From contig CAWDHU010000008.1 of NCBI GenBank assembly GCA_963802185.1, forward strand, positions 12,359 to 76,358: 64,000 nt of DNA. Reading direction: 5' to 3'. The position numbers and the translations under genes were made by a program. Of this stretch, positions 45,799 through 56,226 are shown piece by piece; the stretch's first letter is position 1, and each line of letters begins with the position of its first letter. This DNA is from an uncultured Bacteroidales bacterium. GTDB taxonomy: Bacteria > Bacteroidota > Bacteroidia > Bacteroidales > UBA4417. Below the pieces are notes generated by a model, which worked only from the letters and a program-made list of their open reading frames with translations, had not been told where the DNA came from and made no database searches.

Positions 45799-47724
45799 AT
45801 GAAAACCACAAGAAATCTCGCTTTTCTGCTTTTCCTTTTCTGTCAATCGATAGTAAATGCCCAGGAACAAGGCAAGGTTACTGAATCTTCCTATTTTAAA
45901 CTTTCTACTTCCAATGGTTTGATTGTAGCAGTTTACAATGCAAAAGAAAACAGGATCGATTATGTGTATCCGCATATTTTTGCAAATTATGATTCGGGTA
46001 ATTACGTACATCCTTTTGTAGGCAATATTAAATTAAAGAGTGATGAACAACCAACAGAAACAAGCTATCAGAATAACACCCATGTTATCACATCCCGCTA
46101 TGATGGTTTTACGGTAAATTATTTTGCATCGTTTACCAACCATGATAAAATCTTTTATATCGTGGTTAGAGGTGATAAACAAAAAATTGAAAAGCTGGCA
46201 TTTAATGCCGAAACCGGTAAAGGGAAAGCCGTGAGCGGCATAACTCTGTTGGAAAATCCACTTGAAGATCTCCCTGTACGGATTGACGGAAATATCCTTT
46301 CGGGTACATTTCTAAGGAAGTATGACAAGGATGTGTACGAAAAATACTTTTTATACTCTTTTACTGATTCGTTGCACACGGATAAGGGTATAGTAACCAA
46401 AGCCATCGCCGATATAAAAAAAACAAACAAGTCGTTGCTCGATGCTGAAATCAGCTGCATGCAAAAGCTTTTTTCGGTCTGCACTATTCCCAAAGATTTA
46501 TCATCCAAAGAAAGGAACGTGGTTGAGCAATCCATTTCCATTTTAAAGATGGCCCAGGTTTCCGACTATGAAATTTTCCCGAATTCGCATGGTCAAATAC
46601 TGGCTTCGTTACGCCCCGGTCTCTGGCACATAGCCTGGGTACGCGACGGGAGTTATGCCATACAGGCAATGACTCGCCTGGGCATGTTTGCTGAAGCAAA
46701 GAAAGGACTTGAATTTATGCTCAAAGCCCCGGCTAACCGGTTCAAAAACTATATTTACAAGGATGGAAAAGACTATGGCCCCGGAATGGATTACCAGGTT
46801 TCGTTGACGCGATACTTTGGCAATGGAACGGAAGAGTGCGACTACAATGAATTCGGTCCAAATATTGAATACGATGATTTCGGCCTGTTTCTGATTGCAT
46901 ACTGTGATTATGTTTCGCGAAGTAATGATATTCATTTCTATGAAAAATGGCTCCCTGTTGTGAGTTTAAAAGTGGCTGATGTTATTGTTCATTGCATGGA
47001 TACAAATTCCCTGATTAAAGCCGATTCGGGACCATGGGAGCATCACCTGGAAACAACCAAACAGTATACATTTACATCAGGTGTCTGTGCCAGGGGACTG
47101 GAGCTTTTCGCCCAGCTTCAGCAACAATTCCAATTACCTTTTGAAAAATACAAACTTGCTTTTGAGAAAATAAAACAAGCTATTTTAAGTAATATGCTTT
47201 GCGAAAACAAATTTTTAAAAGGAAATGCGAACGACCAATCCATGGCTGCCAGTAAGGAATTTTATGATGCCGGTGTTTACGAGGTTTTTGCCAACGGGCT
47301 GTTTACCGAAAGGTCATTGTTTTTATCTCATATGACTGAATACGACAAAGTATTGAGAATTAAAGGCGACAGGCCCGGTTATATACGCCTTTCAAGTGCC
47401 GATCCTTACGAAAACCAGGAATGGGTTTTTATCAATTTACGTATTGCACTGGCTCATCTTCTATTTGAACAAAAGGATATTGCCTTTAAATTGCTGGACT
47501 ACATCACCAGCCAGGCAGCTATGAATTACAATACCATCCCGGAAATGTACAGCAACAAACTGCAAATGGATAAGGTTACTCAAGAATATATGTCATCCAA
47601 CATCTGGTGCAATTGCATCAGGGATGCCGATGGAATGTATATCGGCACTATTCCAATGGTTGGCTACGGGTCGGCGGTGTATGTTCTTTCACTTTTTGAA
47701 TATTACGACAGGCTGCAACACTAG
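45799..47724 (+). CDS. glycoside hydrolase family 15-like ((alpha/alpha)6 glucoamylase/trehalase-type) protein
   Basis: Signal peptide MKTTRNLAFLLFLFCQSIVNAQ (ATG 45799). LRPGLWHIAWVRDGSYAIQAMTRLG (the W.RD....A motif of GH15) and DSGPWEH. Confidence 0.6.
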   Translation: MKTTRNLAFLLFLFCQSIVNAQEQGKVTESSYFKLSTSNGLIVAVYNAKENRIDYVYPHIFANYDSGNYVHPFVGNIKLKSDEQPTETSYQNNTHVITSRYDGFTVNYFASFTNHDKIFYIVVRGDKQKIEKLAFNAETGKGKAVSGITLLENPLEDLPVRIDGNILSGTFLRKYDKDVYEKYFLYSFTDSLHTDKGIVTKAIADIKKTNKSLLDAEISCMQKLFSVCTIPKDLSSKERNVVEQSISILKMAQVSDYEIFPNSHGQILASLRPGLWHIAWVRDGSYAIQAMTRLGMFAEAKKGLEFMLKAPANRFKNYIYKDGKDYGPGMDYQVSLTRYFGNGTEECDYNEFGPNIEYDDFGLFLIAYCDYVSRSNDIHFYEKWLPVVSLKVADVIVHCMDTNSLIKADSGPWEHHLETTKQYTFTSGVCARGLELFAQLQQQFQLPFEKYKLAFEKIKQAILSNMLCENKFLKGNANDQSMAASKEFYDAGVYEVFANGLFTERSLFLSHMTEYDKVLRIKGDRPGYIRLSSADPYENQEWVFINLRIALAHLLFEQKDIAFKLLDYITSQAAMNYNTIPEMYSNKLQMDKVTQEYMSSNIWCNCIRDADGMYIGTIPMVGYGSAVYVLSLFEYYDRLQH

Positions 47725-47791
47725 TCACTTCAGGTTAAATAATACTAATTTGTTCTTTTCTTAATGCTGATTATATTTGTGAATGATTCAT

Positions 47792-48505
47792 TTATTCGAT
47801 GGCATCCTTTGTAATCAGGCAAATAACATCCGGATGCAACCAGAGGAAGGATGCAGGTAACGAACTCGTTATGTTTTTTGACAGGAACTTGTTTACGATA
47901 CTTCTTTTCTGAGACCCATTAATTAGCATCAGTATCTTTTTTGATTGCAGAATATCAGCCATTCCCAGGGTTAGTCCATATGCAGGTTTGATTTCCATTT
48001 CCGAAATCATTTGGTGCTGAAGAGACATGGAAGAAAGTTCAGCAATATGACAATGAGGTTGCAAAAATTCAGCTGGTTCGTTCAATGCCAGGTGCCCGTT
48101 CATTCCAAGCCCCAAAATGCACAGATCGATAGGACCAGCATTTTCGAGTTGTTCCTGAATTTTTTCACATTCCAGCCTGGGATCAGAAGGACTGCTTTCG
48201 AAACTGATGTAGCGGGATTCCCCGATTTGAAGTGGCTGAATAAGATGAGTTTGCAGATAGGACTCACAGGTAGCCGGATGGTTCATGGGAATACCACCCC
48301 ATTCATCAAGCTTGATAATCCGAAGCTGTTCAAAAAGTTTCGGACGTTTCAGATATTCTTCGCCGAGCAATTCATACGTACTGGCAGGGCTTCCACCTGT
48401 AGCTGCACAGAGTAAAAGTTTCTTGTTTTTATTGATTTCCCGAACAATGATATCTTTGGCCTTTAAGCTTAGCTCCTGGTACGTATCAAGAATATCAATT
48501 ACCAT
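47792..48505 (-). CDS. glucosamine/galactosamine-6-phosphate deaminase-isomerase family (NagB/AgaI-like) protein
   Basis: LLLCAATGGSPASTY, KLDEWGGIP, IDLCILGLGMNGHLALNEP. Confidence 0.85.
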   Translation of the reverse strand: MVIDILDTYQELSLKAKDIIVREINKNKKLLLCAATGGSPASTYELLGEEYLKRPKLFEQLRIIKLDEWGGIPMNHPATCESYLQTHLIQPLQIGESRYISFESSPSDPRLECEKIQEQLENAGPIDLCILGLGMNGHLALNEPAEFLQPHCHIAELSSMSLQHQMISEMEIKPAYGLTLGMADILQSKKILMLINGSQKRSIVNKFLSKNITSSLPASFLWLHPDVICLITKDAIE

Positions 48506-48600
48506 ATATTGAGTTTGATTGAATGCAAGTTCAAAAAGGATAAAGCTTACAATTCCCTTTCATTATTTTCACACCGATATCGGGCAATATCAGGCCTGAA

Positions 48601-50043
48601 TTATTTGGTTTCTATGTCCCAGCTATCCGTTCGGAATGATGATGCAGGCAAACCGGCACCATTAAAGAGTGAGGCTACTGAAGTATTAAGAAATGCATAC
48701 CTCACGGCAAGCGGGTGTTTCACTTTTTTTGATGCAACTATCAATTTATTCCCTTGCACTTTAACTGTTGCCGGGTAAAATACTTTGTCCACTCCGGCAA
48801 TCATGAAATTATTTCTGGTTGTCTGGATAATTTTCAAGCCTCCTTCGGCATACATGAATTCAAGGCTAACATTTTTCTTTTCAATTTTATAATCCTGGTA
48901 AACCGGTCCGGAGTAACTGCCTACATCCTGTCCATATGTTTTAGTCATTGCCCATAAGGCCAGGCGCTTTCCGACATCCAGCTTATTTTTGGGATGAATA
49001 TCATTGATATCACCGGCAATATCCATAGTTACTGCCATGCCTGTATTCGGAATCGAAAGACATTTCAGTTGTGCTTCACGTAATAAGGCTCCAGAGTTGC
49101 TTTCTTTATAAAGGTAAGGTGCAATTTGAACATAATAAAAAGGGAAATCGCCGATGCCCCATGCTTTCCGCCATGAAGTGATCATTGTATTCATTAAAGA
49201 GTGATAGAGTTTATAATCCATCCTGTTCGATTCGCCCTGGTACCAGATAGCTCCTTTAATTGTGTAATTTATAAGTGGATGAATCATTGCATTGTAAAGC
49301 ACTCCTGCTGTGCCAGGCCACCATGCATACCCGCTGTAATGATGAATAAAATAGTGCAGTTCCGGCACTTCTTCCAGGCTTTCAACCGGAGTCCAGACTT
49401 CTGCTGCCGTACCACCCCATGCTGTATAAATTAAACCAACAGGAATTCCCAGTTTTTTACTTAGTGATGAACCGAAAAACCAGGCTGTAGCGCTGAAATT
49501 ATCAGCGGTTCCGGTATCGGCATTAAGCCAGTTACCTTTGCAATCGGTACGAACAGTTGCAGAAGTATCTTTCTGAACAGTAAAAAGCCGCATATTGGCG
49601 TAATCTCCATCTAAAACTTCATCAAGGACTTCGGGTTTATAATTTTTCCATCCGCCCAGCCCTTTTATTGTAAGGTCCATATTAGATTGTCCTGAACATA
49701 ACCAGACCTCACCAATCAGAATATTTTCGATATTAATGGAATAATCACGTCCGGTAATGGTCATGGTATAAGTACCACCGGCCTTGGGAGTGTTGATGGT
49801 GGTTTTCCAGTTTCCTTCCTTTGTGGTAATGACTTCTGATGTACCGGTAAGCCAACTTGCCCGGACAGTAACTTTTTCGCCGGCATCCGCCCAGCCCCAA
49901 ACATTGATTGAGGCATTCTGCTGAAGAACCATATTATTGCCGATCAGAGCGGGGAGTCGAACAGCAGCAAGAGTTTGATTCTGATAAAAGATTCCGGCAA
50001 GAATAAGTAATCCTGCAAGAATGGTGTTTTGTAATTTATTCAT
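48601..50043 (-). CDS. sialate O-acetylesterase family protein
   Basis: Signal peptide, GEVWLCSGQSNM (catalytic GQSNM), AWGGTAAEVW, IKGAIWYQGESN. Confidence 0.85.
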   Translation of the reverse strand: MNKLQNTILAGLLILAGIFYQNQTLAAVRLPALIGNNMVLQQNASINVWGWADAGEKVTVRASWLTGTSEVITTKEGNWKTTINTPKAGGTYTMTITGRDYSINIENILIGEVWLCSGQSNMDLTIKGLGGWKNYKPEVLDEVLDGDYANMRLFTVQKDTSATVRTDCKGNWLNADTGTADNFSATAWFFGSSLSKKLGIPVGLIYTAWGGTAAEVWTPVESLEEVPELHYFIHHYSGYAWWPGTAGVLYNAMIHPLINYTIKGAIWYQGESNRMDYKLYHSLMNTMITSWRKAWGIGDFPFYYVQIAPYLYKESNSGALLREAQLKCLSIPNTGMAVTMDIAGDINDIHPKNKLDVGKRLALWAMTKTYGQDVGSYSGPVYQDYKIEKKNVSLEFMYAEGGLKIIQTTRNNFMIAGVDKVFYPATVKVQGNKLIVASKKVKHPLAVRYAFLNTSVASLFNGAGLPASSFRTDSWDIETK

Positions 50044-50099
50044 CTGAGATATTCTGAAACTAATTTATGGTTAAAAATCATTCCGATGTTCTTTCAGTA

Positions 50100-50915
50100 C
50101 TATTCCGGACTTTTGACCCGTTCTTTGAAAAATTCAAAATGCGAACCGATGTTAGATTTCCAATACGGATAATTGTGAGCTCCGGGATTCGAAATATACG
50201 TTGCACTAGTTTTTGTTTCATCACATTTTACCCTGAATTCATTGTTTACTGAATAGAAAGGATCAGATGTGCCGCAACTAAAAATTATCTCTTTCCCGGA
50301 TTGAGTTATTTTTTCAATATTCCCAACCACAGAATAGGATTTCAAGATCTTTAAGTCTGAATTATCATTTTTTAATCCTAAATAGTCACTGATCCGATAA
50401 TCATTCCTGCTATTGGTTAAATCAAGCACGCCGCTGATGCTGCCTGCACTCCTGAAAAGCTCAGGATTCTGCTCGAACAAGTACAAAGCTCCGTGCCCTC
50501 CCATGCTTAATCCGGTTATAAAAACATTTTTGCTGTCAATCTGGTATGACTTTGTTATAAAAGGAAACAAGTCCATGAAAAAGAAATCAGCATACTGGCT
50601 TCCTTTTATTGCAGGGCTGTTGATGTACCACGAATCATACAATCCATCCGGACATACTATAATAAAACCATACTGATCAGCATATTTCTGACAATCCATG
50701 ATATCATTCCACTGGTGATAGGAACCACTCCAACCATGTAAAAGATAAATCAGTGGATATGTTTTAGCCTGGTTTGCTGAGTAATTAGCCGGAGTAAAAA
50801 CCCAAACCGTATCGGCTTTCGAAATATGTGTTGAGGTAAGTACATGTTGTTTTTGAGCTGATAAACCCGAACCCAGGCCAGTAAATAGTATCAGCGCTAT
50901 AAGAATCTTTCTCAT
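50100..50915 (-). CDS. alpha/beta-hydrolase esterase (esterase D / CE1-like), secreted
   Basis: YPLIYLLHGWSGSYHQW and nucleophile elbow ITGLSMGGHGA, with a signal peptide. Confidence 0.8.
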   Translation of the reverse strand: MRKILIALILFTGLGSGLSAQKQHVLTSTHISKADTVWVFTPANYSANQAKTYPLIYLLHGWSGSYHQWNDIMDCQKYADQYGFIIVCPDGLYDSWYINSPAIKGSQYADFFFMDLFPFITKSYQIDSKNVFITGLSMGGHGALYLFEQNPELFRSAGSISGVLDLTNSRNDYRISDYLGLKNDNSDLKILKSYSVVGNIEKITQSGKEIIFSCGTSDPFYSVNNEFRVKCDETKTSATYISNPGAHNYPYWKSNIGSHFEFFKERVKSPE

Positions 50916-50943
50916 TTGACAAATTGATTTTCAGTTTAAAGGA

Positions 50944-52086
50944 TTATTTTTCAAAAATCCGTTTCACCGGAACCCCTTGAAAAACAGGTCTGTACTTACT
51001 TGCATCCTGAAATACATCCTCAACAACAAAGCTGTTTACGCAATTTGAAATCAACAATTCGCCATTTTCAATAAATTGAGGATGTGCCAAAGCATTGTAA
51101 CCAAACAAATTTTTAGTGGATATTACATCATCCGGAAGCAGGGCATGACAAAGGACTTTCCTGTTCTTCCAGCCTGTATAGGGAGAATCAGAATAATACG
51201 AACAAATTTCACCACTCATAAACCCACCTTCCTGAACAACGAGTACATATTTATTTTTAAGCTTAAAAACACTGAACTGCTCTGATCCCTGGATAACCAG
51301 CATGGGTTTCGATAATTTTGGGTCTTTTACCCATTCCGTTCCGGTGTAAAATTCCCAGGGTGCCATAATATTTCCTTTCGGAGCACGGGCTACATAAAGA
51401 TTCTTAGTCTTGTCTTCAGCACCATAAATATAAGTGAACTTTTTATCCCCATCGCAAACAGCATGTCCCCAGTGGATTTCGTCAATCCCCGGATATGAAA
51501 AATGATCGATACTCTCCAATTTGATATCTGGCAATGAAAAAGTAGCAATATTGGCACCTTGCCATCTGAATCCCCAATCTCCTTTTACAGCCTGGTTAAA
51601 CAGCGACATGAAAACCTTTAATTTACCATTCTCAATAAAACCGTCACCAGGCCAGTACCACAGCGTATCTTCCGAAAACATCTTTCCTTTCGGAGCGCCT
51701 GGCGGAATCACAAGTGACGACTCCCAGCCATCAATAACATTGTAAAGGCTACGCAAAGAATCGCCTTCCTGTACCGCCATACTGTTACGAATAAACCAGG
51801 GTGTTCTTTTCTCGCGTGATCTGTCAGGCTTGACAGTTCCGAGGAATGAATCGCCGAATATCCAGACTGTACGACCGTCAGGAAGCAGAACCGAATAATC
51901 ACCATCAGCGCCTGTTACACCACAACAATCCCGGGCAAAAAGTTTGTTGAATTTTTTATCGATAGTTGCTGTTCCAGGTTCAGTATTGGAGGCAACGGGT
52001 TTCTGCCCTATTGCACAACTACTTGTTATAAGAATGATTAATCCTGCAACAATAAACAGGAATCTATCATGAACGAATATTTTCAT
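50944..52086 (-). CDS. secreted beta-propeller-like protein, possible glycoside hydrolase (DUF4185/DUF5005-like)
   Basis: GADGDYSVLLPDGRTVWIFGDSFLGTV...FIRNSMAVQ resembles DUF4185/DUF5005-type proteins found in PULs. The family call is from memory only. Confidence 0.4.
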   Translation of the reverse strand: MKIFVHDRFLFIVAGLIILITSSCAIGQKPVASNTEPGTATIDKKFNKLFARDCCGVTGADGDYSVLLPDGRTVWIFGDSFLGTVKPDRSREKRTPWFIRNSMAVQEGDSLRSLYNVIDGWESSLVIPPGAPKGKMFSEDTLWYWPGDGFIENGKLKVFMSLFNQAVKGDWGFRWQGANIATFSLPDIKLESIDHFSYPGIDEIHWGHAVCDGDKKFTYIYGAEDKTKNLYVARAPKGNIMAPWEFYTGTEWVKDPKLSKPMLVIQGSEQFSVFKLKNKYVLVVQEGGFMSGEICSYYSDSPYTGWKNRKVLCHALLPDDVISTKNLFGYNALAHPQFIENGELLISNCVNSFVVEDVFQDASKYRPVFQGVPVKRIFEK

Positions 52087-52104
52087 AAGCTGTGTTTTAT
52101 GTTG

Positions 52105-53214
52105 TTAATTACCAGAATGCAGTTGTTGAATTGCGAAAGCATTAGCACCAATGGCAATTGCCGAACTGGCACTCAGCTTTGAAATCCCAATTCCAACACG
52201 AGCCAGGTTATCATAAGTTACCATCCTGTTGCTCGAAGGAATGGAGAGATGCTGAACATGTCCCAGCGAAAATTCTTCGAACGTACTTTCATCTTCCAGG
52301 TTATAAACCTTCACCGAAACACGGGCGTATTTGTTACCGGAGGGATCTTCATACATCCGGTTAATTTCAGTAAACATATCCGGGGCAAACAATTCCCATG
52401 CTGCAGCTAATCCACCCCCGATAACTATAATCCCGTCAATCAAAGTGACCATACTAGCAATTGAGTTACCAAGTGCTTCTCCAAAAACCCTGAAAGAGTG
52501 AAGTGCGGCCTCCTTGTTCCCTTGAGCAGCTCCTTTTGCAATGTCGAAAATATCTTTCGGCATCAGGCTCATATTCATTTCTAAGCCTGCTTCTTCACAA
52601 TACACACGTTGAATTGCCCTGGTACTGATGCTCTCTTCTGCATTCCAGTTTGTGTTAAACCTATTGGAAGTATTGTGGATTCCAGCATCGCATGAGTTAT
52701 CGCCTTCCAGCAAATGGTCGTTTAATACTATTCCACAGCCAAAGCCTGTTCCCAGAGTCAACCCTACCAGGTTCTTAAATTGCTTGATTCCGCCGTTTTC
52801 AATAATGCGTTTATTTAATTCCGGCAAAAAGCCTGCCAGGGCTTCCCCATAAGCAAAAAGGTTCCCATCATTATTGATAAACACAGGCAAACCAAATTTT
52901 TCTTCTAAAATAGGACCCAATGGAACGCCACCATTAAAAGCTTTAAAATTGGGCAGGTCTTCGATTATTCCCATGGAATAATCGGCAGGTCCCGGAAAAG
53001 CAAAACTTATTGCATTCACCGGCTTGCTCAGCTTTGCTATTACACTCTCAAATCCTGTAAAGATGGTATTTATGCATTTCTCAAGATTATGCGCATTTGA
53101 AGCCGCTATAATAGGTTCAACTATTTCTCTTCCTCCCTGATATGCAGAAAATACAAAGTTTGTTCCGCCTGCATCAAGAGTTAATACTACATTTTTATCT
53201 TCGCTGAGTGTCAT
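52105..53214 (-). CDS. ROK family sugar kinase
   Basis: LTLDAGGTNFVFS, FAFPGPADY, VFINNDGNLFAYGEA, VGLTLGTGFGCGIV. ATG 53214 avoids overlap with the upstream MFS gene (the track start is 53250). Confidence 0.85.
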   Translation of the reverse strand: MTLSEDKNVVLTLDAGGTNFVFSAYQGGREIVEPIIAASNAHNLEKCINTIFTGFESVIAKLSKPVNAISFAFPGPADYSMGIIEDLPNFKAFNGGVPLGPILEEKFGLPVFINNDGNLFAYGEALAGFLPELNKRIIENGGIKQFKNLVGLTLGTGFGCGIVLNDHLLEGDNSCDAGIHNTSNRFNTNWNAEESISTRAIQRVYCEEAGLEMNMSLMPKDIFDIAKGAAQGNKEAALHSFRVFGEALGNSIASMVTLIDGIIVIGGGLAAAWELFAPDMFTEINRMYEDPSGNKYARVSVKVYNLEDESTFEEFSLGHVQHLSIPSSNRMVTYDNLARVGIGISKLSASSAIAIGANAFAIQQLHSGN

Positions 53215-53221
53215 ATGTTTT

Positions 53222-54370
53222 TTATTTCTTAATTGCGTAATAAGTTGCAAATCCTACATAAGCAATACATGCCAGTAAAACATAAATGGCAGCTGTTACC
53301 GAGTATAAATCACTTAAAAAGCCTGCTATCGGAGGGATTATGGCTCCACCGCAAACTGCCAGAATGATAAGTCCCGAAAGTTCGTTGGCATAATCAGGCT
53401 TGCGCTGAACGATAATGGCAAACATGATCGGGAAAACGTTTGAGAAGCCAAATCCTGCAACAAAAATCATGATCCTGGAAATTGTTAGATCGTGGATGGT
53501 TATTAATCCAATAAGTCCGATCAGGGTTATTATTGTGCTTACCACCAGTGACAGTTTTGCATCCACTTTGCGTAAAAGAAAGGCACCGAGAAACCGGCCT
53601 GCCATCAGGGAAGCAAAATATATACTTATTCCCAGGCTAGCAGATTCAATGGTGATCGAAAATCGGTTGCTTAAAAAGTTAGCTATACTGGTATTCATGG
53701 TTACATCAAAACCTACCATAAAAAATATGGCAAAAACCATAACCAGGATATACGGGTTCTTGAGTAAAACAAATACGCTTTTAATGGTTGCGCGGGCTTT
53801 ATCCGGCTGAGTTTCTTCAATTTTAACCGAATTTAACCACAGTGCCGAGATAAATGATATGATGGCGTACAAAGGAAAAATGTATTTCCAGTTGCCTGTG
53901 TAAAGAGCCATACCAGCTGCAATGATTGGCCCCAACATGGACGCAATAGCTTTTACAAACTGGGATAAACTCAGGTTTGCTGCCTTGCCTTCGTCGGAAG
54001 AAATATCCAGTAAAAGAGGATTGGCTGAAACCTGGAGAATAGTGTTCCCAATTCCAAGAACTGCAAAACCGATAATAGCTGTAACCAGTGAATAATAAAA
54101 AAACGGGATAAGAACGCCTATTCCAGTTAACACCATTCCAATATTTACTGTCAGGCGTTTCCCCCTGTTATCCTGGAACACTCCTGTGGGTATGGCCAGA
54201 AGTGCAAACCAGATGAAAACCATAAAGGGCAGTATTTGCGCCACCCCATTTGAAAGACCGAAATCCTGTTTTACATAACCAGTAGCCAATCCAACAACAT
54301 CAACAAATCCCATTACGTAGAACGAGAAAATTACTGGCAAAAATTGTTTTAATGAATTTTTCTTTTGCAT
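53222..54370 (-). CDS. MFS sugar transporter (FucP-like)
   Basis: 382 aa with about 11-12 TM helices. The N-terminal FYVMGFVDVVGLATGYVKQDFGLSN pattern is typical of the fucose/glucose-galactose permease subgroup. Confidence 0.8.
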   Translation of the reverse strand: MQKKNSLKQFLPVIFSFYVMGFVDVVGLATGYVKQDFGLSNGVAQILPFMVFIWFALLAIPTGVFQDNRGKRLTVNIGMVLTGIGVLIPFFYYSLVTAIIGFAVLGIGNTILQVSANPLLLDISSDEGKAANLSLSQFVKAIASMLGPIIAAGMALYTGNWKYIFPLYAIISFISALWLNSVKIEETQPDKARATIKSVFVLLKNPYILVMVFAIFFMVGFDVTMNTSIANFLSNRFSITIESASLGISIYFASLMAGRFLGAFLLRKVDAKLSLVVSTIITLIGLIGLITIHDLTISRIMIFVAGFGFSNVFPIMFAIIVQRKPDYANELSGLIILAVCGGAIIPPIAGFLSDLYSVTAAIYVLLACIAYVGFATYYAIKK

Positions 54371-54382
54371 CGATTTTAGTTT

Positions 54383-56143
54383 TTATCCGTTAACTCTTAC
54401 ATATGCTTTTACAGTTGCACATTCTTTTCCTATGGATTCGCCATAAGGCCTGATCGTATAAGCTCCCACAGTTGCCGGAACAATAAATGTTTCGGCAAAG
54501 TGAACTACAAAAGAATCAAACGATTCAGTCGGGCTCTCAACAATAACTTCACGGCCTTCGACCAAGGCAATAACATTCACTCCATCGTTTGTATTATGAA
54601 GTACAGTTTTTGTGAACCAATGGCGCCTGGTTTCGATAAATTCCAGCTCATGAAGGCCTGTTTTTTCTTCGCGCCAGCCGTCACCTTCTCCCAAATCCTC
54701 AAAACGGTTCACCAGGTTATCATGAACCCATTTTTCAGTCCTTTTCCATTGAATATTCTGAATTCCATGCTCGATGTTGATTGGCCGTGGATTTCCGTCC
54801 ATGCCGAGACGTCCCCAGTCCCATAGTTTAAATGTAAAAATATAAGGTGTAGCACTGATTTCGAGAACCATGCAGCCTTTGGCTGAGCAATGAATTGTTC
54901 CGCCGGGAATTAAAAAATGATCATGTTTTTTAGCCGGCCAGCTCTGAATATAGGTTGATGCATCAAATTCTGTATTACTATTTTGAGCTTCTTCCAAGTC
55001 AGAAATCATTCGGTTCGAATCAATGCCTTCTTTTAACCCAAGGTAAACGCTGGCTTTTTTTTCCGCTTCCAGGATGTAATAACTTTCATCCTGTGTGTAA
55101 TTTACACCGAATTTTTCCTGTATATATTCTGTTAAAGGATGTACCTGCAGGCTCAAATTCCCGCCACCAATGGTATCTAAAAAATCGAATCTGATCGGGA
55201 ATTCATCACCAAAACGTCCATAAACCGGTTCACCCAGTAATTCGACAGGTTTTGAAAAAACAAGATTTATTGAAGGTGTCTCAAACCTGTTTTCGCCAAA
55301 TACCAGGAAAAGACTGTTTTCTTCAGGCACACAATTGAAACACCAGGCGTAGTTTTCGGTACTTCTGTCCAGGTCGAAAGTGTCTTTCATCCATTGCCCG
55401 CCCCAAGGACCTGCATCAAAATAAGGGACTACACTGAACGGCTGCATTACAGCTTGCTTCATCCCTTCTGAAAACGCATCAGCAGTTATCATAACAGGTT
55501 TTCCAGCCAGGTTGGTGTCCAGGATAAAATCCCAGCGGTTCATGACTTCTTTCTTAAGCCTGTCGCAAACTCTCCAGTCCACAAAATAAGCCCGTTTGTA
55601 TTGGCTTTCTAAACTATCATTGTAATTAGTAATTCCCAGGTTGGAAACCTCATTACGCCGCATCCGTTTCTGGATTTCCCAACGGGCCATATCTGCATAG
55701 ATCATTAAGTCAGGATCTGGAAATACCTTCGTTGCTCCGGTTCCATAAATTAGAATGGTGCCTTTTTCAATTACCCCAATTTTGGACCTCAGAGCATCAA
55801 CTTTGTCATGATCATAAAAATCATCTATTGAAAGCCTTGTTATAAAACCGAATATCCTGTCGTCGGTTACATCCGGGAAGGTGATCTTCCTGATTTCATC
55901 TTCCGATTTCATAGCTCCGCGGGCATCAAAAACCATATCGGCAGTCAATCCTTTAATAAGAGAATTGAATATTTCTGTATCATTCGTGCCTTGGTAGTAT
56001 TCAATTACAACGACCTTTTTTGCCTTCCGGTTCCCGGATATCTCCAGGTTTAAGAGGGCGATAATATTATCCCAACCGGCAAAACAGCCCGTATCTTTGC
56101 CCTTTATTTTTACTTCCGGATTTTTATTATAATTTGAAATCAA
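54383..56143 (-). CDS. class I mannose-6-phosphate isomerase-like cupin protein with long N-terminal extension
   Basis: PWGGQWMKD, NLSLQVHP, QDESYYILEAE and GGTIHC are PMI type I zinc/cupin motifs in the C-terminal ~350 aa. The first ~230 aa are unassigned. The start is TTG at 56143. Confidence 0.6.
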   Translation of the reverse strand: MISNYNKNPEVKIKGKDTGCFAGWDNIIALLNLEISGNRKAKKVVVIEYYQGTNDTEIFNSLIKGLTADMVFDARGAMKSEDEIRKITFPDVTDDRIFGFITRLSIDDFYDHDKVDALRSKIGVIEKGTILIYGTGATKVFPDPDLMIYADMARWEIQKRMRRNEVSNLGITNYNDSLESQYKRAYFVDWRVCDRLKKEVMNRWDFILDTNLAGKPVMITADAFSEGMKQAVMQPFSVVPYFDAGPWGGQWMKDTFDLDRSTENYAWCFNCVPEENSLFLVFGENRFETPSINLVFSKPVELLGEPVYGRFGDEFPIRFDFLDTIGGGNLSLQVHPLTEYIQEKFGVNYTQDESYYILEAEKKASVYLGLKEGIDSNRMISDLEEAQNSNTEFDASTYIQSWPAKKHDHFLIPGGTIHCSAKGCMVLEISATPYIFTFKLWDWGRLGMDGNPRPINIEHGIQNIQWKRTEKWVHDNLVNRFEDLGEGDGWREEKTGLHELEFIETRRHWFTKTVLHNTNDGVNVIALVEGREVIVESPTESFDSFVVHFAETFIVPATVGAYTIRPYGESIGKECATVKAYVRVNG

Positions 56144-56226
56144 ATTTTATCTTTTTAAAAATGAGCAAATTTTTCCTTTTAAAGGTAATTATTTCAAATG
56201 TCCACAACCGTCCTCATACCTCATTC